A stretch of 64,000 bases of DNA from Dicyema japonicum. Lineage: Eukaryota; Animalia; Dicyemida. The stretch's first letter is position 1. Each line of letters starts with the position of its first letter. Position numbers and translations under genes: made by a program. A model generated the notes under the pieces. That model was given only the letters and a program-made list of their open reading frames with translations. It did not search any database and was not told where the DNA came from. Positions 38,041 through 50,165 of this stretch are shown here, one piece after another. The stretch is taken from the NCBI GenBank assembly GCA_011109175.1, contig RDEW01000013.1, forward strand, positions 1,322,350-1,386,349, given 5' to 3'.

Positions 38041-38647
38041 GATTATGTTAATGCTAAAACAGCTTTTTGACTTGGGAATAATTGTTTCAGTGAAATCCGA
38101 GTTAGACCGTCTGAAATACTGTTGAAAACCTCTGCTATCGGTTGATAATAACTACTTTAATGAATTTGTTAAATAATTGCCCCCTCTACCGCTATATATG
38201 TCGTTTTTCAACGAGACAAGAGGCTTACTGTTGCAAATCTCTTAATTGGCTCCAGGTTAAATGCATTTACACTGACCATTAACATCAAAAATAATTAAAG
38301 TTATGGATTCTGGGGACATTAACTCTAACAGAATGTTTTATACATTTTTTGGAGATATCCATGAGACTTTTTAAATATAGCATATTTAAAGTTATTTTAA
38401 TTAGTTCGAGACTATTATTATTTGAAATGAAATTGAAAAATTCAATGTATACGTAACACTAACTTATAGATGACAATCTTCTTTGTGAAGGATGAGCATT
38501 TATTTGCAAACTGAAAAGCGCTGAAGATAATGGGGATTTTTGGGGAATTCCATTAGAGAGAAATCGCGGTTTGGACTTTAGTTATAAAGCAGTATGTATA
38601 ATCATTTATTATTACGTTTACTTGTTTAAATAAATAGGTTAATGTAT

Positions 38648-38778
38648 GACCGATTTAACAAAAGGCTTTTAGATGCCTCTTTTGCTATTCTGAATAAAAT
38701 AGACAAAACGTACGTAATTTCAAGATTAAAATAGTACAACTATGCATAAATACTAAAAAGCAAAATCTTCACAGTTAT
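38648..38778 (+). repeat. ~130-bp direct repeat, left copy (right copy 40063-40190)
   Basis: About 85-90% identity by eye. The two copies abut the two ends of the Ginger-like element. Confidence 0.85.
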
Positions 38779-40062
38779 TGTGGCGCTCCATGCAGGTTAC
38801 ACCAATTTTAGACGTTACACTTTGACTATGTAACATGACAGTTGATTTTGACAGGTGACGTTTCATTAAAATCGAAATCTCAATTTCAAATATCGTATTT
38901 AAGTAAGTGTGGAGGAATAAAACGCCACATAGTAATTGTTCAAAAATGAAACTATAATTCATTAAAACCCCTATCTTGACCCTAATCCAACCATAACCCC
39001 TAATTTAACCAAACATATCATAACCCTAACCATTTACTAATTCAAATCATAACCTAATCCTAGTCATTTTCCTAACCCTACCACTACCTTGACCGTAATT
39101 CTATCTATTAAGCTTTATTAACATAGGAGTTTAACCTCATTTTATAGTTTATTTAACCTTACAAATACGGGGTCCTTATTTTTGAATTTTTATGATAAAA
39201 AGTAAACACAACATGATGACAAAATTACAAAACAGAAAGGCGTAAAAAATTTAACTCGAGATTATTTTAATTTGTGATATCAACACATCTTTTTCGCATT
39301 CACAATTCCACTTTTATATACCCTTTTACTTCCATGAAATAGATAAAAAGGGATTTTCTTCGTGGAAGAATGCAAGCTTTTATTATAATCATACACTACC
39401 ACCAGTCCAAACATGAAATCCATTTTTTATTTTGTTGTATGAAAAGTTTTTTTTGTAACCTACGAGTCAACGTTTGGTTACAACGTTCTACCATCGACTT
39501 AAATCCACCAAGTCAATTTGAAATCTTTCTCGAGGAAACTTTGCTTTAATGTGAATCATAGGAATTTGAGCTTTTAAAGGTTGGCTTTGTGCACATGCTG
39601 TGCATTCGGAACATACATCACGTATAATGGATCTTTGATGTTGAAATAATAACTGTCGCAAAATTCTTTCAGTTTAATGATTCCATAATGAGTGGTCAAA
39701 TGCTTTTTCATTCATTCTATCTTCTAGTTTGAATATCGTCCCGAGCAATAACACGTTTATGAGCCTCATCACTTGTAAAGAGCTTAGAATCTTCCAACAA
39801 GAAAAAATTGTTTTTCTTAATAAACCGAAATTTTTGTATTCGTGTAAAATTATGCTTGCATTGTAGATGTGCAACAAAATTATTGTACACTTGGCTAGTC
39901 CTGATCATACTTTTAATATGCATTTTTCTAACACAGATAATTCGATTTATGAATAAATAGTGAATTAATTGTGGTTAATAGATTTTAGCTGTCAATAACC
40001 AAAAAAAATCCAAGGTCAAAGTGTAACGCCTAAAATTGGTGTAACCTGCATGGAGCGCGACA
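38779..40062 (-). mobile_element. Ginger-like (integrase-type) DNA transposon, internally deleted
   Basis: 49-bp TIRs beginning TGT and ending ACA, with 3 mismatches. Integrase remnants CSECTAC...PRERFQIDLVD and W...LDW.VYDYNKSLHSSTKKIPF at ~39300-39920. Confidence 0.7.
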
Positions 40063-40297
40063 TGCCGAATTAACAAATGCTTTTAGATGGCTCTTTTGCT
40101 ATTCTGACTAAAATAGACAAAGCGTACGTAATTTCGAGAGTAAAATAGTACAACTATGATAAATACAAAAAAGTATCATCTTCACAATTATGGATAAAAT
40201 AAAATTATCTTTAATTTATGTTTATTAATATTTTATTAATTTTATTTGATTTTATATTAATAAAATTTTGATTAACTGTGACAATAACGTTGTGTGA

Positions 40298-43200
40298 ATG
40301 TTCCAATTACTAGGTATATAATAATAACTATGTCTTCTTCGTATTGCTTACCAGTTTCTCCCCTCACTCTTGGATCCCTCAACTGCCGAGGCCTCAATCA
40401 GTGCTACAAGAAACAACAATTGGCGCGTGATCTGAGTAAATACAACATCTCTGTATGTTGTTTGCAAGAGACGAAAATAACCGAACAAACTGCAGAACTG
40501 TTTCAGAATTTTTACCTTTTGACCCTCACACCAGACTGCAGGCACTATGGGCTCGGATTTGCTGTTCATCGGCACTTGTTTCACTGTGTCTCAAGAGTAT
40601 GGGCAGTATCTGACCGTGTCGCGGTGTTACAAATCAAATGCGGAAACAAACTCAACTCAGTGATCTCCATCATAAATGTATATGCCCCAACCGGAGCACG
40701 TGTATCAACGAATATCGAAGAACTGGATACGTTTTACTCTACTCTCACAAGTGTGTACAACTCACTTTCATCCTCTTACTTTCTTTTTATCGCCGGGGAC
40801 TGGAACGCCAGGGCCGGAAAAGCAAGACCTGGTGAAACGTGTATTGGATCCCACGGTAGAAACCGCCGTAACATCCCCGGAGAGGCATTAATACAATTTT
40901 GCACGGCATTCAACCTACTCATATGCAACACTTGTTTCAAGCACCCGGCAAGACACAGGACCACGTGGGTTGGTACCAGAAAAGGCAAATCTGGAAACAC
41001 AGTCAATATATACAATCAGATCGACTATATTATCTGCAAGCAACATCAGAAGGCCCTCCTACAGGACTCGAGATCTTACGGTGGACTTGAAACAAGTAGC
41101 GATCATAAACTTGTGGTCGCCCGGCTAGTACTTAAAAGAATCCATGGAATACACGGGAAACACAAAGGCCTTACCTCAGTACGTTTCGACACTGAGAGGT
41201 TACGCTACGAAGAATCCACCAAATGTCGTTATAGTGCAGTTCTGAGAGATAGCATCAACAGTATTAACCAAAATCAGCCGACAAACAGCTTATGGGATGA
41301 AATAGTGGTTGCTATCCAAAACACAGCCTTTAGTGTGCTTGGTCACATCACCAAATCTCGTCACAAACAATGTAATCCGGATATCGGACAACTCTCTGTA
41401 ACACAGAAAGAGCTCAGACTCCGGATGGAAAACACAAACGCTCCGGAAGATATCAAAGTACTGCGCACCCAGAGAGGGAGAGTCTTAACGAAGATCAAAC
41501 AAATACAAAGATTCCTTGCCAAAAATGAAGCTGAGGAGAAAATCTCAGACATATTAAAGTACAAGAACGGACCAAGAATGTTCAAAGCAATCCGGCTTCT
41601 TAGCAGAGAAAACTGTCCAATTTCGTTAACTGTCCATGACAACCTTGGTCACGACGTTATCGGGACCATTAACAAAGCAAACGTTCTGGCATCCCATTTT
41701 GACCTTATGTTCAACAAACAGGACGCGGCTGACCAAGCAATGAAATCTCGGAAGTCTTACAAGTACACTCTAACTAGCCCTATTACCATATCCGAAACTC
41801 AACAAGCTATTAAAAAATTAAATACCGGAAGATCTGCCGGACCAGACTTCATTACTGCAGAACTTTTACAATACGGCCCGGAGGAGCTAATTGAAATGAT
41901 TACTAACATTTTCAACCGGTCTCTCGAGGGTGCAGATGAACTGGAACTGGGAAAAGGGTGGCTAATTCCACTACAAAAACCGGGAAAAAGTAAAGGCCCC
42001 CTCACAACTTCAGACCTATTATACTCCTAACCTCCATACGAAAAACATTATCCCTCATTGCTTTAAACCGAATAAAGGAGAGGGTGAACATATTTCTTTC
42101 GGACGGCCAAAGTGGATTCCGGACGGGCAGGTCCACGGCTGACGTGGTATGGGGGCACAGGTGGTATTGTGCCCTGTGCCAAAAATACAAAAAATCTATT
42201 GAGATACTTGGTATCGACATGTCCCGTGCGTTCGACTCGGTGGACCGTGGAAAACTTATGGAAGTGTTGGAGAGTTTTCTACTGCCTGACGATGTCAAAA
42301 TAATACACTTACTCATGCGGAACACTCAACTTGCCGTCAAAATTGGTGACTCTACCTCTAACTTTTTTTCGACCTCACGTGGAGTTCCACAGGGGGACTC
42401 ACTATCCCCGGTCCTCTTTATTGTCTACCTTGAGGCCGCACTAAGAGAGTTCAGACCCCTGGTTGGCAACAATTATAACGAGATAATCTACGCGGACGAC
42501 CTGGACTTTGTTTCTGAGGATATTCAAGTACTTCAACACATGCTTAACGTTCTTCCACACGTATTCTCGAAATGGTTCTTAACCGTTAACACCGATAAAA
42601 CAGAGTTCACAACACTTACACGCAATGATCGAAGATCGGACGAGTCTTGGAGAAAGCAAAAGAAGGTGGGTTCGCTTCTCGGGGACTCAGAAGATGTTTC
42701 TCGGAGGAAAATCCTCGCAATGTGTGCACTAAAGAAAGTATCGAATATGTGGGGTCATAAGAAGAGGATGGGATTAAACACCAAACTCAGAATATATAAG
42801 GCTTTTGTCATCCCCGTCCTGACCTACAATTCAGGCACTTGGGGAATCTCTAAACAAGAGATGGACCGTCTTGACGCTTTCCACAGGACACAATTGAAAT
42901 CAGTAATCAAGATCAAGTGGCCTAAGAAGATCTCAAACAATGACCTCTACTCGAAGTGCAAATCTGGTATACTATCCGAGGAGATCTTCAGATCAAGATG
43001 GAGTCTCTTTGGACATATCTTACGTCTAAATGCTCAAGTACCCGCGAATATCGCCATGGAAAACTACCTAATGCATACGGGAGCCGGTTTCCGTGGAAGA
43101 CCAAGAGTCACACTCCCAACTATTTTGAATGGAGACCTATCGGCTGTGGGACTGAAGCTCACTTCCGCAGACGACTTAGATACCTTAAGGGAACTGGCAC

Positions 43201-44150
43201 GAAGTAGAGGGTCCTGGAAAAGGCTGATAGAGAGGATGGCTAGAAATACGGCACAAGGGAGGCTTGATTAATTTTATGACTTCTCGGGAGTGCTTTAAAT
43301 AATAATAAATAATAAAATATAATAATAAATAATATCACCAGTATATTCATGTATAATAATTTGTAAATCAACAATGAGTGAAATTATAACTTCAGTAATA
43401 TTGGATAATGTAGTACCAATGTGGGTTGTTAGAGAGGATGCTCGGACTATAGTATTATTTAAAGGAAAAATTGATGTTTCGTACAAAATTAATAATACTA
43501 TAATCACATTATATTACTAAAAAGATTTTACATGAAAATTTTAATGATGCAAAATTTGATTTTAAAAAATTTGAAGGTGGTCAATTTAAGTTTTCATGGA
43601 CGAAAAATGGCATAAAAATAATATTTACCACCAAATATCATGCTTCAGCTAATTTATTATTAGTTCGTTTGGAATTATTAGCATATAAGGATAAATGTAT
43701 AGAAAATGGTTTATTAATTTAGATCATGACGAATTTGTTGATTTTCCAGAGAAATTCACAAATAACAGTTATTATAAATGTAGCAAATGTGTTGTGTATT
43801 TCCCTCCATATGGTAATGTCACTATTAGTGATATGAAACTACAATTATTGAAAACAGATAATAGTACAAGTTTTACCGGAAATGGTTATTTTAATTTAAT
43901 CATTATTTAGAATTCGATTGTAAATTTGGTAATGGAAAAAATCTCAAATTAAAGTCAACAGCTTTATTCACTACAAAAAGCAAAATATATGCATCAACAA
44001 CTATCATTAGTCCAAAAAGTACATAAAAATATAAATATAGATAACAAACATATAATGGCAGTTTTTGTAATTGGGGGAATTACAGTTATTGTTGGAATAT
44101 TTTTGATATTAAAACGACGGCGAAGACGTTATCATTCATTAACTCATTAA
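40298..44150 (+). CDS. LAMP-like paralogue B: exon 1 40298-40313, RTE-containing intron 1 40314-43341, introns 43885-43910 and 44019-44040; two frameshifts (~43515, ~43700)
   Basis: Exon 1 ATGTTCCAATTACTAG mirrors paralogue A ATGATCCATTTACTAG. Has SYYKCS, KLQLLK and EFDCK, then a TM segment and tail KRRRRRYHSLTH (YxxL). Confidence 0.7.
40328..43316 (+). mobile_element. Near-intact RTE-clade LINE (APE+RT, one frameshift near 42005)
   Basis: ORFs 40330-42030 (LGSLNCRGL, CCLQETK, IAGDWNA, NQIDYI, SDH) and 42084-43271 (IDMSRAFDS, GVPQGDSLSP, YADD). Perfect 12-bp TSD ATATAATAATAA at 40316-40327 and 43317-43328. Confidence 0.95.
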
Positions 44151-45187
44151 ATTATTAATATTTAATATGTTTTTTAAGTCACAATTTTGAGATTATTTAG
44201 TTGACTAATTGTACAACATTTCATCTATGAATAAATATGCAAAACATTTGTATTTTAAATTGTTGAGTTACCGTTGCGAGAAACAGATAGTCAGATTGTA
44301 TGTGAAGTACATTAGAAGGAAAAAAAGAAGGGTCACTTACGTTACCAGATAATAAAAATATAATTTTTGCCATCAAAGATCGTTGTGGCAACTGAAAAAA
44401 TTATTCAGTAGAGAATATTTATTTTCTACAAAAAAATTTCTTTGATTATTCCCGTAGTTCATCCAAGCCATCTGAGACGCTTCATAATCTTTTGAAGGGC
44501 TTAGTATAGGATAATGGTGGAACATTAATATAATAGTGCCACATATCCATCAAATTGAGAATTCACTCCCGATTCTTTAAATGAAAAAGACCGATAGATG
44601 ACAAGAACTTTACAATCAAAAGTGAACACTTACTGATATCTTTCAGATAGATATGATGTAAGTTTGGACAAGAGACCTTGTTCCCCAAAGTGACAGGAAG
44701 AGCGATTCCATATAACAAATTAACTTTTAGTTTAAAAATAATGTCAGAAATGTCTGATGCCCCCTTATTGCTAGAAATGTCTACTTAATTTCGAGGTGAA
44801 CGAGAACTCTTGTCTTTTCTATCGTCAGCATAAAAGGTGAATGACTTTGGAGATATTACAAATTACAATTTCCGAACAAAGCAAGTTTTGTAAGTACGTA
44901 GAATTCGTATTCGAATTACCCAACATTGAAAGAACTCAACAGACCAGATGTCATTAGAACTCGAGGACCACATAATGATAGTTAATAAGATCATATGTCG
45001 CCAATGATTTCCCAATACTAAATAAATCAATATTCGATATACTAACAGTCATAAAATGAAAATAAACTAGCATCTCCACTATTTAACAATAACTATGTCG
45101 GACAGGTTTAATTACTTTGCATAAAAATACTAAAAAAATTGAAAAAAAATCACACTGATAGCTAAGAACAAGAGAATATTCACGAAC

Positions 45188-45410
45188 GATTGCGATCCAG
45201 AGGCATTTACGGAGTCAACGCCGTTCCTGCATTTCCAATCACAGGGGATACCTCTGGTGACAGATCAACAACGCGGTGAATCGCAGAGGAAAAAGGATAA
45301 ACGAGAGAGGAGATGGTTGTCAAGCGCATTTACTGCATGAGGGGAGATGCGTTTTCGATTTGAGAGCAGTCACATAATTGGAAGATGAACCGCACTAATC
45401 GCTATTTAAT
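45188..45410 (-). ncRNA. GC-richer island with predicted multi-stem structure (unassigned ncRNA or 3'-UTR element)
   Basis: On the minus strand: stems TGCGAT/ATCGCA and CCAGAGGTAT/ATGCCTCTGG (one G-U), with inner hairpins CCTG/CAGG and ACGG/CCGT. No family recognised. Confidence 0.3.
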
Positions 45411-45524
45411 GGGTTTTATCTATCAAAATATGAATTGATTTAAATTATTAGATAACTGTTTATCAACATGTCATAATTCTCAAATAACTGATTGTAATAT
45501 TTGATTATACCAACAAATTAAACA

Positions 45525-46649
45525 TTATAATTGAGAAATTGCCTTGCTCTCTCCAAGATAGACTGTTCTGTAAATATTGTTGAGACGTTCCACCACCAAG
45601 AATGTAATTATCGTGTGAGGGGCCAGTCTTGAGAAATAAGCGGTGAATCCCTTCCAAAGTGAGAAAAACCCCTCGCGTTGACTACTTTTATTAAAACATC
45701 CTAAATTGAATTTATGACAAATTACAATCATCCCGTTGTATTCCCGAGTCTTCATACTCTGTAGTCTCGTTTTCGCCATATCCACGGGAAGGGACACAAC
45801 AGTGGTGAGAAATCCGCTCATTGTCCCCGCAATCAACTGACATTTCAAAGTCTCCGTTCCAAAAGACTCTAATATTAAGAGATTCACCAAACCATTATTT
45901 AAGTTGTACAGAATTTCTTTAAATTGAGAATATGAGGCCAACTGTGATGCATTCACAAGAATTGCCCTAATCACAGTGGGAAGTGACCCCTAATTGTACT
46001 CAATCAAGCTAACCCTCCAAAGAGTGGTCATTCCTTCTTCCTTTATCATTCTTACAAGAGCGTCTCCGACATGCCTATAATTTCTCCTTTTGGACGGTTC
46101 CAACCTTTAAAGCAATCAATTGGTCCCTTACCTTCCATCCGTGGCCATTCGTATGAGAGAAATCTCAGCAGGGGTACCACAGAATGCTCCCACAGCACCA
46201 GAAGTCATTCCAATACCCAATTTCGCGCCCAAACCAGGACTGACTCCTTCATTTCTTAAATAATAAAAAACAGATGACCTTCTACGAAAAGTATCGAATA
46301 AATATGAGTAACAGCCCAGTCGAACAGTTGTATAAGATGCTTGCCGCAAAATACCAGCTGATAATCTGAAATCGATAAGAGAATATAAACCCGGAATACA
46401 TGGCGAGGGCTCCTTCATTTCTCAAAATCGTCCTGAAGGCTTGAGCTGTGGAGGAAAACTCCTTTTGCCGAGAACCGGAACCTACCAAGTCTTACAATTA
46501 AGTACCGCTCATTTGTATTCTATTTTTAACCACATCCATTGGCTGGACTATTGTAGTCGCGAAAATCCTGAGATTAATCACTAAAGGTACCCTGATAAAC
46601 CTGCGAATGTAAATTTAAGGTAAAGAGGTGTAGCCTGGTTATCTTTCAT
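45525..46649 (-). CDS. SLC25A11: Mitochondrial 2-oxoglutarate/malate carrier; 8 introns of 23,24,25,24,27,24,24,25 nt; one frameshift near 45679
   Basis: Spliced protein has three carrier repeats (QPMDVVKNR, TPAEISLIR, LPVDMAKTR), GLSAGILRQASYTTVRLG and EGFFSLWKGF...RLAPHT. Introns: 46590-46568, 46505-46482, 46390-46366, 46278-46255, 46131-46105, 46013-45990, 45892-45869, 45725-45701. Confidence 0.95.
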
Positions 46650-47049
46650 ATCTTTATTTGATTGTCAGTTTATTAAAATTTGAATTAAAAAATGATTTTA
46701 AATTATTTATAATTATAATTTATTGAAATTTTAATTCTGATAATAATTTGAAATCACTTTATAATTCGAAGATTAATAAAAATTAGGATTAACAATAATT
46801 ATTCCATATTCTTTTTTAGGTTGAGCTAGTGACACGGGTCAATTGCACGAATTCTCAATCAGGCATAAGGCTATCAGAGAAATCTTACCGCCAAGACCTG
46901 AATACTTACATTGGCACTAATAGATGCTTTCAAGAGACGAAAATCAAGTGTGACTCAGAAATGATGGTAATATAAATAGATTTAAGCTATGGCAATAGTA
47001 CTTCATATGCTTAACCACATATTGAAAGTCATAAATTAAACCACTGTAG

Positions 47050-48340
47050 ATATATTAGTGATAAACTAATTATTTTGATGTGTTCATGTAGGATTATACA
47101 ATAGATCAGGTAACATAGTGGTTAGTTTTTTGTTGCGTCACATTTGGCCGTGGAATGCATCCCCAAATCAATTCTTATTTATTGGTCGAAAGATTTCCTT
47201 TATGCTCTTTCTATCTTTCAATTTCTAGAGGCATCTTCGGATTCACCTAACTCCGGAGACGCTAATTGTATGGATTCTTCTTTTTTCCACTCAGCTGAAG
47301 TGGTTCCTATAATAATGGATATTTTGGAATTAACGTGGTAATAGGAATGACTGGGAACAGAATAAAAACTCTTTCAGCTATATCCCGGGATATTAAAAAG
47401 TTAAGGGTCTACAGCTTAGATATTTTTTTCTGGACAGCGAAGAAATAAGCTTCTGGACAGGATTTTCTTGCAAGAAGACTTCCTCAGTACTTTCGCCCCT
47501 TTGAATGAATGTTATAAATCTTTTTCAGGTTCGTCTCGGCAAGGTTTGTCTCCGTAGCTCCATGTGGATAACCAATTGTAGGTTCAATGTACTGCTTGCA
47601 GATGGTATACAATCAATTTATCCATTTGGAGTCACTAGATCTCCCAGAAAAGTTTTTATGAAGTTAATCTTCTTCGTAAAAGGAAGATTTTCACATGGGT
47701 TAAAGAGGTAGAGAAAGTGTGAAGGTAACTCGGAGGATCGTCTGGGTCCTGTTTTGCCGGATAGTTTTCCCGTCTAATTTGACGTCAATCATAGCTTTCC
47801 ATTCTCCTGTTTGACGTGAAAAGGGCAAAATTGACTTCTCCGGACTTGCTCTCAATTTGCTTACATAAAATCACAAACTCAGATTATTCAAGCTGTCCTT
47901 TAATCTATGCGTCGCTTCGATAACACTCTCATCCCTCGATGCAACAACTATTTCATCCGCGTAGGACAGAAATTGTGGAATTGATGAGTCATTCGTAATA
48001 ACATTGAATAATAGGGGAGATAATGGAGAACCCTGAGGAACTACATTTGGTAATTGTCTCGATCGATTACTCTTGCGTATTCGCCCCCTGAGACCGCTCA
48101 AGAATTTTCCCAACCATAACTTTAGATTTTCGTCAATTATAAAATTTTGTGGTGGATGATCTTCATCGGAACAGAATCAAATGCCTTCTGGATGTCGATT
48201 TAGCAGACTAATCGATTTTTCCAATCCGGGTATTTTGTTTAGGTCATCTTTTATGAATTCCTTTAATGTATTTAGATGTGAGACAGTCAATCGCCCCTCT
48301 TTGAAGCCATGCTGAAACCTTGCGTCTTGGAAATAAAAGC
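47050..48340 (-). mobile_element. Decayed LINE RT region
   Basis: VVPQGSPLSPLLFNVI...LSYADEIVV (ORF 47871-48113). Confidence 0.75.
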
Positions 48341-48409
48341 AAATATTTTTCATAACCTATATCAATTTAATTATTAAAAAATTAAAATTAATAATTTGAT
48401 TTTATAAGG

Positions 48410-48660
48410 TTATCTGAAGCAGTTGGGGGTAGATAGGAAGCTCCAGGCCTATCTACAGTCCACTGTGTTAAAGCGGACCCTAGAGAGCTTGACACTGGAG
48501 TATAGGAGGCAGAGCCCTGAGATACCATATGGGCAGAGGGTTCAATTTGACAATGCGCTCTCGGAGTTATTTCAGCAATCAGAATCGAACCTGCCTGAGG
48601 AGGCTGGCGAACAGGCAGGCGAAAAAGGTTGTTGGTCAATAAATATATTAACTTTTTTAT
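48410..48660 (+). mobile_element. R4/Dong-like 3' end fragment
   Basis: LGVDRKLQAYLQSTVLKRTLES resembles the extreme C-terminus seen in the 30-kb fragment. Confidence 0.45.
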
Positions 48661-48749
48661 TGTTTGTTAAATAAAGATGAGTAGCTTAATTTGATTTTAT
48701 AAAAAAATAATTATTTAAAAATGTATCGTGTGCTAATGAATGTGCCCTC

Positions 48750-49500
48750 TAAAATTTAATTAATTTTACTTTTTAGTGCCAGACAAATATCCAGATGTTT
48801 TTGGGTTCAAATCTGCTGCGGTACATTCCGGCCAAAAGTTCCATGTATCTACGATACTTCTGAGTTTGAAGAGTAACGACACCATCAGTGATAACCCAAC
48901 TTGAGAACCAGATAGCATAAAAGGACTGAAATGGAAAAAAATAAGATGGGAATATACCTTGAATCCTTCTCAGTCGGTGTTAATTAGGTTATTTTTAGAC
49001 GTTCTAACACATACATTTACAGAGACCTTCGATAATTGTTTCTGACAATATCCTTATCTTGTAAAAGGAATGAAGTCACTTTGTCTACTAATCAGCGATT
49101 ACTGGCCATTGATGTCTGTTATGGAATAAATCTAATTTGTTATATTCCTTGTTACACAATCTCTGTATGTTAACTTTGACAGATTTATATCAATCTGTTT
49201 GTGTTTGAACTAACAATCCATCTCCAAGAGAACTGGAATTACCCAACCTTGTCACTTGTTGAAATGGATATCTCAAGTTAGATTGGTTCATACTTCAATA
49301 GTCTTGCTAATATTCCATCAGAGACCGGGAATTTTACATTTAAGTCTTAACATAACCGATATTGCTTCCCCTACTATTATTAGATTTTTAAAGCCATCAG
49401 AATTGCTTTGGATTGTATATTTTGTAGTTCATATTAGTGTTCTGACATGAAATCCGATTTTTATTCTTATTCGTAAGAATATTCATTTATTTGTCGATAA
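48750..49500 (-). mobile_element. Highly decayed LINE remnant
   Basis: A broken PG.DGI...LLKY pre-RT motif near 49290-49330. Confidence 0.35.
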
Positions 49501-49689
49501 TAGTAACATCGTCATTATTTGTCGATAATAGCTCATTCATTATACATATTTCCTTTAACATCTTTGATTATTCTCATATTTTAACTTCACAGTTCCTTGT
49601 TTTATTCATTTTTTTAGTTTTTTACTTTTTGTAAGCTGCAGGTTACATAAATTTTACTAACTCTTTAGTTTTGTGTAAATCGAGCTTTT

Positions 49690-50165
49690 CCATCCATAAG
49701 AAGTGATCTCCTTATTGATTGTATTGGTGTCTCGTCATGGAGGTGCGGCAAGTGGTGACAAAAAATGTATGGAGTAATGTATTTGCTGAATTTATTTCTA
49801 ACTGCTGGCAAAAAAAATTTCGACAATCTACTTAAATTGCATGAATAATATGAAGAAATATTTAATAATGCTATTGATGAATGTGAGATTGAAGAAGATA
49901 ATGATGAATATCTCTATGAGGATATAGACACTCATCCACCAAGGTCAAAAACTTTTTGATGGAAAACCTAGAGCAAACATTTTTGATTCCAGACTATTTC
50001 ATGATTTTTATGAATTCAGAAAGTGACAGTAGGAATAAATATAAACATTGAGAGAAATAACTGATTACCTTAAAAATAATGTTCTTTTTGATTATTTATC
50101 GAGATATATGGAAATTTTCTATTTTGGGGAAACCTCAAGTGCCCCAATTAGAGGTCGGGCTGCAT
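49690..50165 (+). mobile_element. pogo-like transposase C-terminal remnant
   Basis: VWSNVFAEFISNCWQK followed by an acidic tail. A degenerate TIR-like GAGGTCGGGCTG lies near 50155. Confidence 0.35.

Noticed and set aside
40294-40329. N-terminal extension MNVPITRYIIIT of the 578-aa ORF
   Set aside because: It is read through host exon 1, the intron start and the TSD from a GTG. The element's own ATG is at 40330.
45188-45410. Telomerase RNA (H/ACA-like end plus three-way junction)
   Set aside because: No template-like CTAACC(C)T upstream and no P6.1-like hairpin.
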